Shown here one piece after another: positions 44,602 through 53,114 of a stretch of DNA of 64,000 nt. Under the pieces are notes generated by a model. It had not been told where the DNA came from. It saw only the letters and a program-made list of their open reading frames with translations, and searched no databases. Position 1 is the first letter of the stretch, and every line of letters begins with the position of its first letter. Origin of the DNA: Desulfobacteraceae bacterium (GTDB lineage Bacteria > Desulfobacterota > Desulfobacteria > Desulfobacterales > ETH-SRB1); the NCBI GenBank assembly GCA_030593145.1, contig JAUVHU010000002.1, positions 8,238 to 72,237 on the forward strand, read 5' to 3'. The position numbers and the translations under genes were made by a program.

Positions 44602-45381
44602 ATGCTTCTTGTCATAGACATAGGAAATACTAACATCGTAATAGGTCTTTATGATGGAGTCCGTCTGCATAAAAACTGGAGAATACGTACCGAAAGAAAT
44701 ACAACGGAAGATGAATTTAATGTCATAATCTCCAGCCTGTTTGCCGGAAGTGGTGTTAACCCCAAGCAAATTAACAAAACAATTATTTCCTGCGTAGTAC
44801 CGCCGCTGGTATCTATTCTGAATTCTTTCTGCCTTAAATACCTTGGTCATGCTCCACTCTGGGTCGATGCCAGGTCTGCTGCCCACATGCCTATACTTTA
44901 CAGCAATCCGGCAGAAGTTGGAGCAGACAGGATCGTTAACGCTGTCGCGGCATTTCACAAATATAAAACAAGCATGATTGTTGTTGATTTCGGCACAGCT
45001 ACAACCTTTGATTCTATCTCGGAAAATGGAGAATATCTTGGCGGGGCAATCAGTCCGGGGATAATGATTTCTTCCGAAGCACTGTTTATGAAAGCATCTA
45101 AACTTCCCAGGGTAGAACTCGTTGATCTTCCTGATAAAGTAATCGGCAAAGACACGACAAGCAGCATAAAGGCTGGTATTATCTACGGATACGCAGGGCT
45201 TGTTGATGGAATAGTTAATCGAATGAAAATCGAAATGAACTCTGACCCCAGAATAATTGCCACAGGAGGTCTGGCAAATCTCATGGCCGATATTTGCGAG
45301 ACCATAGAGATTGTGGACCTATCACTAACCCTTGAGGGACTTCGTATTATATACGAAAATATTAAAAACTCAGACCAGTAG
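44602..45381 (+). CDS. coaX: Type III pantothenate kinase
   Basis: MLLVIDIGNTNIVIGLYDG from the ATG at 44602. Also VDFGTATTFD and a GGLA motif. The tracked GTG extension lies in the repeat. Confidence 0.93.
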   Translation: MLLVIDIGNTNIVIGLYDGVRLHKNWRIRTERNTTEDEFNVIISSLFAGSGVNPKQINKTIISCVVPPLVSILNSFCLKYLGHAPLWVDARSAAHMPILYSNPAEVGADRIVNAVAAFHKYKTSMIVVDFGTATTFDSISENGEYLGGAISPGIMISSEALFMKASKLPRVELVDLPDKVIGKDTTSSIKAGIIYGYAGLVDGIVNRMKIEMNSDPRIIATGGLANLMADICETIEIVDLSLTLEGLRIIYENIKNSDQ

Positions 45382-45621
45382 GATCTATCCTTCTTTTATA
45401 CGGCATCCTTCATTTACCGGTTTACATTTTGTGAGGTTTGTATTTTGATCACCTATTTTGAATATCGAACCGCAGAACAAGAAACCGCAAAATCACGAAG
45501 GGATTACTTCGACATTCGATATTCCTTGTTCGATATTAGATATTTAATGGTCTCTACTAAACGAATTCTTAGAAATAAAGCACTCGACCCCTTGAATCCT
45601 TGAATCCTCGAACCCTTCCTT

Positions 45622-46305
45622 TTATACCCTGCCTGTTTTTGCAAGAAGCTCCTTGAACACCTTGTAAAACGCTATATTGTCAGTCAGACCAGTCTTTAAG
45701 ATCTTTTCTGTTTCATCGATATTTTTCAAATTGATAACAATATTTACGCTCTTGTTAAAAGCCGCCATATTGTCCATGGTACGAAACTTGTTTGTTAAGA
45801 GAACAATAAATATGTTTCGTCTTATGGACATAGAAAGCCGATCCAGATACATGAGTACATTATTCTCATCAGGATCCTTTGTGTCAAATGTCTCATTTAA
45901 TACAACCAAATCAAAAACATGAAAGCGCATCTGCTTGAGAGCATCCCTTGCCGTCTCAGGCTCAGTAGTATTATATCCCATATTTTTAAAAACAGATCTG
46001 ATTTTTGCCCTGATGGCAGAATCGGTCTCACACAGAAGAACCGTTTCCGCACCCTCTTCAACAAAATCAAAAGGCTTTTCCGAAGCATCGTATGTACCGG
46101 AGCCAACTTCGTCGATTATGGTTTTTTCTGAGACTGTTTCCGGCTTGGAAATCTCTTCCTTAGACAATGGAGACGCAGCCTTGCGTGTATCTATTGTAAT
46201 TTTATTCTTGCACTTGGGACAGGAAAGGGTAAAGGTCTGTCCTTTAGGAATTTTTTCATCAGGTATTTTGAATTTACCCTGACACTGTTCGCAAACAACA
46301 TTCAT
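45622..46305 (-). CDS. MJ0042-type zinc-ribbon protein fused to a CheY-like (pseudo)receiver domain
   Basis: The N-terminus is MNVVCEQCQGKFKIPDEKIPKGQTFTLSCPKCKNKI. The C-terminal 120 aa have the alternating beta/alpha pattern of receiver domains (VLLCETDS...FDLVVLNE...IFIVLLT), but I did not confirm a clear phospho-acceptor Asp. Confidence 0.6.
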   Translation of the reverse strand: MNVVCEQCQGKFKIPDEKIPKGQTFTLSCPKCKNKITIDTRKAASPLSKEEISKPETVSEKTIIDEVGSGTYDASEKPFDFVEEGAETVLLCETDSAIRAKIRSVFKNMGYNTTEPETARDALKQMRFHVFDLVVLNETFDTKDPDENNVLMYLDRLSMSIRRNIFIVLLTNKFRTMDNMAAFNKSVNIVINLKNIDETEKILKTGLTDNIAFYKVFKELLAKTGRV

Positions 46306-46374
46306 AATTATCTCCCATTTCCCATATGCCTGTTACTCTAATTGAGCTAAAGCTCAATCAGGAAGGTGTCAGTA

Positions 46375-47544
46375 TTATTTTTTTTGCTTTCCGTAATCAC
46401 GGTCAACCTTCAATTCCTCAATATCTGTAGTAGTCTCTCCGCGCTTGCTCTTGAGCGAATCAATTCCGCGACCCACTATACCTTTGCGCGAAGAATATGC
46501 CATGGCTGTCTCCTCGGTAATAAGACCTTTTTCATACAGTTCCACTATATAATCATCGAAGGTTGTCATACCAAAAGCCTTGCCGGCCTGAATAATCTCA
46601 TAAAAGGTTTTGCCCTCAGACTCTCCATGCAAAATCGTATCCTTGATCCTGAGATTGGTTCCCATTATCTCAAAAGCCGCTACGCGTCCTCCACCCACCT
46701 TTGGGAGAAGCCTCTGGCATGCGATCCATCGCACTGTATCGGCAAGCCTGATCCGAATCTGGTTTTCCTCCTCTGTGTTGAACATACCGAGAATACGGTT
46801 GACGGTCTGACCTGCATCTACAGTGTGGAGTGTGCTTAAAACCAGATGCCCCGTTTCTGCCGCGCTAAGGCCAATCTCTACGGTTTCCCTATCACGCATC
46901 TCGCCTACAAGAATTACCTTGGGAGCCTGGCGAAGGGCAGCCCTGAGACCGCTGGCAAATGTGTCAAAATCGGTTCCCATCTCACGCTGATTAAAGGTAG
47001 CTTTCTTATGAGGATGCTGATACTCAACAGGATCTTCGAGAGTTATTATATGAACAGATTTAGTTTCGTTAATCTCGTTGAGTACGGCCGCAAGAGAGGT
47101 CGTTTTTCCGCTACCGGTAGCTCCTGTCACAAAAACAATCCCGTTTTTTTCCAGAGCCATTTTTTTAAATGATCCAGGCAACTTCATTCCCTGAAAAGTT
47201 GGAATCCTGGATTCGAGCTTTCTCAAAACAATGGAATAATTACCTGATTGAGAAAAAATATTCACTCTAAAGCGCGCCTTTCCCGGAAGTTCGTAAGATA
47301 AGTCGCATGATCCTTCCGTTAAAAGGATCTCGGTAAGACGTCGGTCCTGATTAATAAGGTTGAGGGCAAAAATTTCGGTCTGAAACGATGTAAGTTCGTG
47401 ATAATGCGGCTCAATATCAACTCCGACAAGCTGTCCGGAATTCTCCACCTGAAAAGCTTTGCCAACGGTTATATTTAGATCGGAAATATTTTCACCAACA
47501 TCAAGCATCTTTGTCAGTATATAATCAATTTCCTGTTTTCTCAT
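46375..47544 (-). CDS. PilT/PilU-family type IV pilus retraction ATPase (paralogue 2)
   Basis: 389 aa. Walker A GATGSGKTTS, Asp box, Walker B ILVGEMRD, His box GHLVLSTLHT. Confidence 0.9.
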   Translation of the reverse strand: MRKQEIDYILTKMLDVGENISDLNITVGKAFQVENSGQLVGVDIEPHYHELTSFQTEIFALNLINQDRRLTEILLTEGSCDLSYELPGKARFRVNIFSQSGNYSIVLRKLESRIPTFQGMKLPGSFKKMALEKNGIVFVTGATGSGKTTSLAAVLNEINETKSVHIITLEDPVEYQHPHKKATFNQREMGTDFDTFASGLRAALRQAPKVILVGEMRDRETVEIGLSAAETGHLVLSTLHTVDAGQTVNRILGMFNTEEENQIRIRLADTVRWIACQRLLPKVGGGRVAAFEIMGTNLRIKDTILHGESEGKTFYEIIQAGKAFGMTTFDDYIVELYEKGLITEETAMAYSSRKGIVGRGIDSLKSKRGETTTDIEELKVDRDYGKQKK

Positions 47545-47560
47545 GGCACAACACTCCTAT

Positions 47561-48643
47561 CTAAGCTTCTGTGAAGTCCGCGGGCGGCGTCTTCAACAAA
47601 GCTCTAAACTTTCCCTTGTCATTAGACTTGATATAGGCTTCATCAGCACTTATCCACCCTTTCTTGTAAAGCTCCATTATAGCATCATCCAAAAGCTGCA
47701 TACCGTATTTTTTTCCTGTCTGAATCATCGAAGCTATCTGGTGTGTTTTCCCCTCTCTAATCAGATTACGTACAGCTGGATTCGCTATCAATATCTCAAG
47801 AGCGGCGCAACGCCCTTTCTTATCAATCCGTTTAAACAGCACCTGAGCTACAATAGCCCTTAGTCCATCAGAAAGTGTTGATCGGATCTGGGCCTGTTCA
47901 CTTGCAGGAAAAACCTCAATGACACGGTCAACGGTTTTTGGAGCGCTGGAAGTATGCAGTGTGCCAAAAACAAGGTGGCCGGTAGATGCTGCTTCAATGG
48001 CAAGAGATATGGTTTCAAGGTCTCTCATTTCACCTACGAGAATAATATCGGGATCCTCACGCAAGGCACCGCGCAATGCAGCGCTGAATGTTTTTGTGTG
48101 AAGACCAACCTCCCTGTGGTTGACAATGCAGCTCTGGCTTTTGTGTACAAATTCAATTGGATCTTCGACAGTTATGATATGATCCTTACGGGTGCGATTT
48201 GCTTCATCAATTATTGCCGCAAGAGTAGTCGATTTGCCACTTCCGGTTGGCCCTGTCACCAGAACAAGGCCACGTGGAAGAGAGGCCAGCTTGGTAATAA
48301 CAGAAGGAAGACCGAGTTGTTCAGCGGTCATTATTGTGGCTGGAATTTCTCTGAAAACCGCGGCAGCGCCGTATTTCTGCATAAAAAAATTCGCCCTGTA
48401 TCTGGCAAGACCGGGTATCTCATAACCAAAATCAACATCCCCTGTTTCTTCGAAAACCTTAACCTTGTCCTCAGGCGCAATTTCATAGAGCATAGCTTTA
48501 AGCTCGTCATTTTCCAGAACCTTATATTTGATCCTTTCCATCTCACCCGTAATTCTTAGAGCAGGAGGCTGCCCTGAAACAAGATGGAGATCTGAAGCCC
48601 CTTGGTCATGCATCAATTTAAAGAAAGCATCTATTTTTGCCAT
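47561..48643 (-). CDS. pilT: Twitching motility ATPase PilT
   Basis: 360 aa. Motifs: ASDLHL, GPTGSGKSTT, ILVGEMRD, GHLVFGTLHT, and a C-terminal AIRNLIREGK-like ANPAVRNLIREGK. Confidence 0.9.
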   Translation of the reverse strand: MAKIDAFFKLMHDQGASDLHLVSGQPPALRITGEMERIKYKVLENDELKAMLYEIAPEDKVKVFEETGDVDFGYEIPGLARYRANFFMQKYGAAAVFREIPATIMTAEQLGLPSVITKLASLPRGLVLVTGPTGSGKSTTLAAIIDEANRTRKDHIITVEDPIEFVHKSQSCIVNHREVGLHTKTFSAALRGALREDPDIILVGEMRDLETISLAIEAASTGHLVFGTLHTSSAPKTVDRVIEVFPASEQAQIRSTLSDGLRAIVAQVLFKRIDKKGRCAALEILIANPAVRNLIREGKTHQIASMIQTGKKYGMQLLDDAIMELYKKGWISADEAYIKSNDKGKFRALLKTPPADFTEA

Positions 48644-48680
48644 TAGCCACTCCTGTTATCTTATATTTTATATGTAAGTA

Positions 48681-48856
48681 TTCAGCCACAAAGGCACGAA
48701 GACACGAAGATTATACTATAATTCTTTAATATCTTATGTACTGTATATGACGCATCTATAATTTTTTCAGCATCTTCAGCTATAGATTCTTCTTTTTTTA
48801 ACAAAGGTTTAAAATTCATATCCTTTTTTTTGTGCCTTTGTGTCTTAGTGGCTGAA
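48681..48856. repeat. Hairpin element with CACGAAG/AAAGGCAC word arms
   Basis: ttcagccacaaaggcacgaagacacgaaga (48681-48710) faces ttttgtgcctttgtgtcttagtggctgaa (48828-48856). Confidence 0.75.
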
Positions 48857-48871
48857 CGGTTACAATTTAAT

Positions 48872-49375
48872 TTACGTTTTCTGTTTTAACAACTTCAGCT
48901 TGGAATCCTCATCATCCATTGCCTGCATCCCCTCTTTCCCTATATCAAGAAGTTTTGTATGCGTTTCAATTACTGAACGGATCTGAATTTCGATCTGCAT
49001 GCGCTGACGTTTAAGTTCAGCTATATCCTCATGCAGTTGAGCAAGCCTGTTGTGGGCTTTATTTAATATCTTTTCCGCGTTTACTTCAGCGCCGGCTATT
49101 ATTAATTCTGCAGATTTTTGGGCATTTGTCTTCATCTGATCCATAACTTTCTGCGAATTAAGCATAGCGCGCTTAAAGGTTTCTTCACGCTCTCTGTATC
49201 CCTGACTTTCAAGCTTGATCCTTCTGATTTCTTCCAGCGCAATCTCATTTTCACGCTGCAACAATTCAAATGCTTCTGCTATCTGTTCAAGAAATCGATC
49301 AACCTCTTGGATATCAAAGCCTCTAAATCTTACTTTGAACTTCTGTTGTTGAATATCAAGTGGAGTTGTTTTCAT
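48872..49375 (-). CDS. DivIVA-domain protein
   Basis: 167 aa. TPLDIQQQKFKVRFRGFDIQEVDRFLEQI is the DivIVA N-terminal signature. The remainder is coiled-coil. Confidence 0.85.
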   Translation of the reverse strand: MKTTPLDIQQQKFKVRFRGFDIQEVDRFLEQIAEAFELLQRENEIALEEIRRIKLESQGYREREETFKRAMLNSQKVMDQMKTNAQKSAELIIAGAEVNAEKILNKAHNRLAQLHEDIAELKRQRMQIEIQIRSVIETHTKLLDIGKEGMQAMDDEDSKLKLLKQKT

Positions 49376-49477
49376 AATATCTCACCTGCAAATGTTTCAG
49401 ATTGTTATTCTGATTAATAATATAAAGGGTTCGAGAGTTCGATGGTTTTCACTCGACCCCTTGAATCCTTTTTTATA

Positions 49478-49777
49478 TTACAACAAGGTTTCAGCTAATC
49501 TTAAAAGGCTGCTGACAAAAAAAGTTCGGAAAAAAATAATTGCTAAAAAAACAATGATTGGAGAAAAATCAATGCCGCCAAAACTAACAGGAATAAAGGC
49601 GCGTACACGATACAGAACCGGTTCTGTAACATTATGAATAAAACGAACAATGGGATTATACGGGTCAGGACTTACCCAGGACAAGACGGCCCGCGCCACA
49701 ACTATCCACATAAAGAAAAGCAAAACAATATCGACGACATTAGCAATAGCCTTTAAAAGATAACCAACTATAAACAT
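49478..49777 (-). CDS. YggT-family membrane protein
   Basis: From the ATG at 49777: MFIVGYLL...VVARAVLSWVSPDPYNPIVRFIHNVTEPVL...IDFSPII. Confidence 0.8.
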   Translation of the reverse strand: MFIVGYLLKAIANVVDIVLLFFMWIVVARAVLSWVSPDPYNPIVRFIHNVTEPVLYRVRAFIPVSFGGIDFSPIIVFLAIIFFRTFFVSSLLRLAETLL

Positions 49778-49934
49778 ATAAATTATACCTTTATTGATAA
49801 CCTGATTTATTATAACAACCACCCAACGGGCTGCTTTTTAAGTAAAATTTAAGTATATTATCGATAATAAGTCAAGATATTTCACCCAAAATCATTGACA
49901 TATTCAATATACAGTAGATAGAACTATAAACAAA

Positions 49935-49970
49935 AATTTACAAATTCAAAAAAGTGAGTTTTATAATTCC
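49935..49970. repeat. Family C repeat, second copy
   Basis: aaatttacaaattcaaaaaagtgagttttataattcc is the reverse complement of 21849-21885 apart from the 2-nt block. Confidence 0.85.
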
Positions 49971-49999
49971 ACTTCTTCGCGGATAGACATTGATGACCA

Positions 50000-50178
50000 C
50001 GTAACCGTTCACGGTTAACAGTTTACAGTTAACCGTTGATCAAAACATAAAAGCAATCAGCTGCATAGTTCATTAAACTGCAACAGCGAGCGCATTCCAT
50101 GCGGCTTGCCGCCGGGTTCTTCAAAAAACTGTGAACCCGCCAAATTGACGGCGGGCAAGCCGTGAACGATTACATGAT
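50000..50178. repeat. Nested-hairpin element (superfamily H) upstream of proC
   Basis: Arms gtaaccgttcacgg (about 50003) and ccgtgaacgattac (about 50162). Inner inverted pairs: ggcttgccgcc / ggcgggcaagcc and cgggttc / gaacccg. gcatagttcatt is shared with 2668-2680 in reverse complement. Confidence 0.75.
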
Positions 50179-50193
50179 TACAAAGGAGATAAC

Positions 50194-51045
50194 GTGTCAC
50201 CACTTAACAAAAAAACAGGTTTTATTGGAGCAGGCAACATGGGAGAAGCTTTTGTGGGCGCAATCATAAAATCAAACCTTCTTTCCCCTTCTATGATATA
50301 TGTAAGTGACATCAACGAAGAACGCCTTGCGATTTTTCGTTCAAACTATGGCATATCAGCCACAAATGACAATATTAAACTTTTTTCAAAATGTAATATC
50401 ATTATCCTTGCAGTCAAACCTCAGCTGATAAACAAGGTGCTTGCAGAAATCACAAAACAAAAAGACTACATGATAGCTGATAAAAAGCTGATAATTTCCA
50501 TTGCAGCAGGAATACCTTTGCGAAAAATTGAAGATCTGCTTTACACACCTCTTGATGAAAAATCCAGGACAAAGCTTCCCATCATACGGGTGATGCCAAA
50601 TACACCGGCTTTAGTTCTGTCCGGAATGTCCGGAATGAGCGCGAACAAATATGCTTCGGTTGAAGATGTTAATGTTGCCAGAACCATTCTGGAAGCCATG
50701 GGAAAAGTAATCGAATTTAATGAAGATGATCTTGATGCTGTAACAGCTCTGTCAGGTTCCGGCCCCGCGTATGTCTTTTATCTTATTGAATCAATGATAG
50801 AAGGAGGCATTAACGCCGGCCTCAACCCAAACGATGCGTATACCCTGACCATTGCCACACTAAAAGGCTCTCTCGCGTTAATAGAAGAATTGAATGAATC
50901 GCCGGAAACCCTGCGAAAGAAGGTAACTTCACCTGGCGGCACTACTGAGGCAGCCTTTAAAATACTTGAAAACAACAGGGTTAAGGAAAATATAATCGAT
51001 GCAATAGCGGCAGCAACCCTGCGTTCAAAAGAGCTTAGCGCATAA
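50194..51045 (+). CDS. proC: Pyrroline-5-carboxylate reductase
   Basis: GTG start after aaggaga. Motifs: FIGAGNMGEA, VMPNTPA, SPGGTTEA. Confidence 0.93.
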   Translation: MSPLNKKTGFIGAGNMGEAFVGAIIKSNLLSPSMIYVSDINEERLAIFRSNYGISATNDNIKLFSKCNIIILAVKPQLINKVLAEITKQKDYMIADKKLIISIAAGIPLRKIEDLLYTPLDEKSRTKLPIIRVMPNTPALVLSGMSGMSANKYASVEDVNVARTILEAMGKVIEFNEDDLDAVTALSGSGPAYVFYLIESMIEGGINAGLNPNDAYTLTIATLKGSLALIEELNESPETLRKKVTSPGGTTEAAFKILENNRVKENIIDAIAAATLRSKELSA

Positions 51046-51063
51046 AACCTTTAGCTTTATGGC

Positions 51064-51339
51064 TCAGGGGTAAGGATTATCCTGCTTGGGAAATCGCTGC
51101 AAATATCTTTTTATTAAACGTATTGCCGTTGAAACCATTACCAGTCCGCTCATAATAACGAGAATTACGGGAAGCCAAGTATGCTCACGGTATTCAACCT
51201 TTTCATAAGTTGCTAAGATTCCCACAACGCCAAAAAATAAAACAAGAGACGTAAAGACAATTATAATAAAACATACCATTTCTGAGTCATACCATGGTAT
51301 GATAATTTTTCTAAAGAGAGGATTCTGCTTAAACAACAT
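51064..51339 (-). CDS. Small two-TM membrane protein, hypothetical
   Basis: 91-aa ORF with two hydrophobic helices. No family recognised. Confidence 0.4.
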   Translation of the reverse strand: MLFKQNPLFRKIIIPWYDSEMVCFIIIVFTSLVLFFGVVGILATYEKVEYREHTWLPVILVIMSGLVMVSTAIRLIKRYLQRFPKQDNPYP

Positions 51340-51376
51340 AATTAATTTTACCTGTTACATTTAAAAAAATCAAGCT

Positions 51377-52513
51377 ATGAAACGAAACCTTTATAAAACG
51401 CCCTTTTTTACCCGATTTCTGTGTCAGGCTCAAATTTTAATCCTCGAAATACTATATGTATTCCTGCGGTTAATCCGCCTGAGGCGGACGCCTTCCCTGA
51501 ACTTGAACAAAATTGAGTATTTTTCAAAGGCCTCGAAACATATCAAACAACAAAACATTACCGGCTTTAACAACAAACGGCTTTGCAGCATTTATATCGT
51601 TATTACATTAATGAATATCATGTGGGGATGCGCCATGGCGCCCAAAAAACTTGTTATTAAAGACATATCGCAATCGTTTAATGTAGATACAATCATCTGC
51701 ACAAAAACAGGGATGCCTGTATCTTTTAAAGAGCTTATGGATGATTTAAGCAGCGTCCGGATAATATATATCGGGGAAAAACACAGTGATCCCGCACATC
51801 ATAATATCCAGCTAAATATTATAAAAGATCTTTTCAACAAGCATCCGAAACTCGCTGTTGGTATGGAAGCTTTTGCTTATCCATATCAGCATCAATTAGA
51901 CAGGTGGTCTGCAGGCAAGCTGGATCAAAAAGCTTTTCTGGAAAAAACACACTGGTATGCAAACTGGAAATTCGATTATGGATTATACGCTAATATCCTG
52001 GAGTTTTTAAAGGATAAAAAAATCAGACTTGTTGGTCTGAATATTCCTTTTCACATACCTTCCAAGATATCTGTTGGCGGCATTGAAAATCTCTCATATG
52101 ATGAAAAAAAATATCTTCCAAAACAATTAAACACATCCGATCCTGATCACAGGGCATATGTTGAAAAGATATTCAAAAATCATCATATTAGAGGAAGAGA
52201 AAATTTCGAGTATTTCTATATGGCCCAGTGTGTATGGGAAGACACCATGGCCGAATCCATAGCTAATGATCTGAAAGAGAATATGATGGTTGTCCTGGCC
52301 GGAAACGGTCATATTGTACGTAAATTCGGCATACCTGACAGAGCATATAAACTTACAAAAAAATCTTTTAGAACTGTTTTCCTGGCGCCGGCGGGAAGTA
52401 AAACCGAACTTTCATATGGGGATTATATATGGGTAACACCTGCTAATAAAAAGATAACCATGAAAAAGTTTTTAAAATCAGGAGCCAACCGACACATGAC
52501 CCATAAACATTAA
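51377..52513 (+). CDS. ChaN-like (haem-binding uptake/Tiki superfamily) protein, start uncertain
   Basis: RIIYIGEKHSDPAHHNIQLNIIKDL, AVGMEAF, LVGLNIP and NGHI are patterns typical of ChaN/DUF399. The first roughly 55 tracked codons run through family B repeat copy 3, so the true start is probably downstream, near the MWG-C-A lipobox-like site. Confidence 0.65.
   Translation: MKRNLYKTPFFTRFLCQAQILILEILYVFLRLIRLRRTPSLNLNKIEYFSKASKHIKQQNITGFNNKRLCSIYIVITLMNIMWGCAMAPKKLVIKDISQSFNVDTIICTKTGMPVSFKELMDDLSSVRIIYIGEKHSDPAHHNIQLNIIKDLFNKHPKLAVGMEAFAYPYQHQLDRWSAGKLDQKAFLEKTHWYANWKFDYGLYANILEFLKDKKIRLVGLNIPFHIPSKISVGGIENLSYDEKKYLPKQLNTSDPDHRAYVEKIFKNHHIRGRENFEYFYMAQCVWEDTMAESIANDLKENMMVVLAGNGHIVRKFGIPDRAYKLTKKSFRTVFLAPAGSKTELSYGDYIWVTPANKKITMKKFLKSGANRHMTHKH
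51441..51540 (-). repeat. Family B repeat, copy 3 (inverted orientation)
   Basis: The reverse complement reads cctttgaaaaatactcaattttgttcaagttcagggaaggcgtccgcctcaggcggattaaccgcaggaat. It aligns with 39200-39250 and 39751-39848. Confidence 0.8.
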
Positions 52514-52586
52514 CAAAGATGAATTGCAAATATTCCTGACATTAGCCATTTGAAAAGATTCAACTCTGATATCTGTTTGTCATTCT

Positions 52587-52777
52587 TGATGAACTCGTAA
52601 AAAGTCGATTTTGTTCACTTCATGACCATTTTGGGCGCAATTGATATGTTCATCTAAAATGCAAGAACTCGGCCTGACGGCCTCAAACAGCTTGCATTTC
52701 TTAACGATGAACATATCAATTGCTTTTTCCCCAAAATGCTCAAAGCCGTTCACAAAAGACTTTTTACGATTTCATCA
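52587..52777. mobile_element. MITE-like 191-bp element with 20-bp terminal inverted repeats and three nested palindromes
   Basis: The TIR tgatgaactcgtaaaaagtc (52587-52606) matches gactttttacgatttcatca (52758-52777) at 19 of 20 positions. Inner pair: cattttggg..caattgatatgttcatc / gatgaacatatcaattg..ccccaaaatg. Core: aaatgcaag..ggcctgacggcc..cttgcattt. The TIR shares the family A motif TGATGAAnTCGTAAAAAGTC. No ORF. Confidence 0.75.
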
Positions 52778-52811
52778 TTCTTAGAACCTGTTTAAAAAAA
52801 TATTCAGAATA

Positions 52812-52857
52812 ACACTATATATTGAATTTATTTGTTGACATATACAATATGTTGTGA
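52812..52857 (+). promoter_or_regulatory. Tandem NrdR-box-like operators flanking a TTGACA -35 hexamer upstream of nrdD
   Basis: Box 1, acactatatattgaat (52812-52827), matches the published NrdR consensus acaCwAtATaTwGtgt at 14 of 16 positions. Box 2, atacaatatgttgtga (52842-52857), matches at 13 of 16. The boxes start 30 bp apart. TTGACA lies at 52835-52840. Confidence 0.55.
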
Positions 52858-53050
52858 CATTTAGCTTAAGTCATGGCAGATTGCCACTGGTGGCAGTCAA
52901 ACCTTTGTCCTAATAAAATTTAGCTTAAATCATCAAATATTGATAGTCATTATTGTTCGCTCAGATTTTCCATGCTTAGGACTATGTCTGCCACCGAAAT
53001 TCATGCCGATATATAGCCGATACAAGGCAGACAACACAATATAATCATAG

Positions 53051-53084
53051 AGATCTTTGAAAAAGGAATCTTTTTCAAAGATCT
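53051..53084. other. Perfect 15-bp-arm palindrome 30 nt upstream of the nrdD start
   Basis: agatctttgaaaaag-gaat-ctttttcaaagatct. Confidence 0.9.
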
Positions 53085-53114
53085 TTCATAATGTTTCCGG
53101 TTGAGGTGATATAA

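Noticed and set aside
52860-53050. Possible cobalamin riboswitch in the nrdD leader, prompted by gccactgg at 52882-52889.
   Set aside because: Only this short block resembles the B12 element. The other conserved cores (an AGGGAA-type motif and the GGTG..AA..CC stem) are absent when I read the region by eye.
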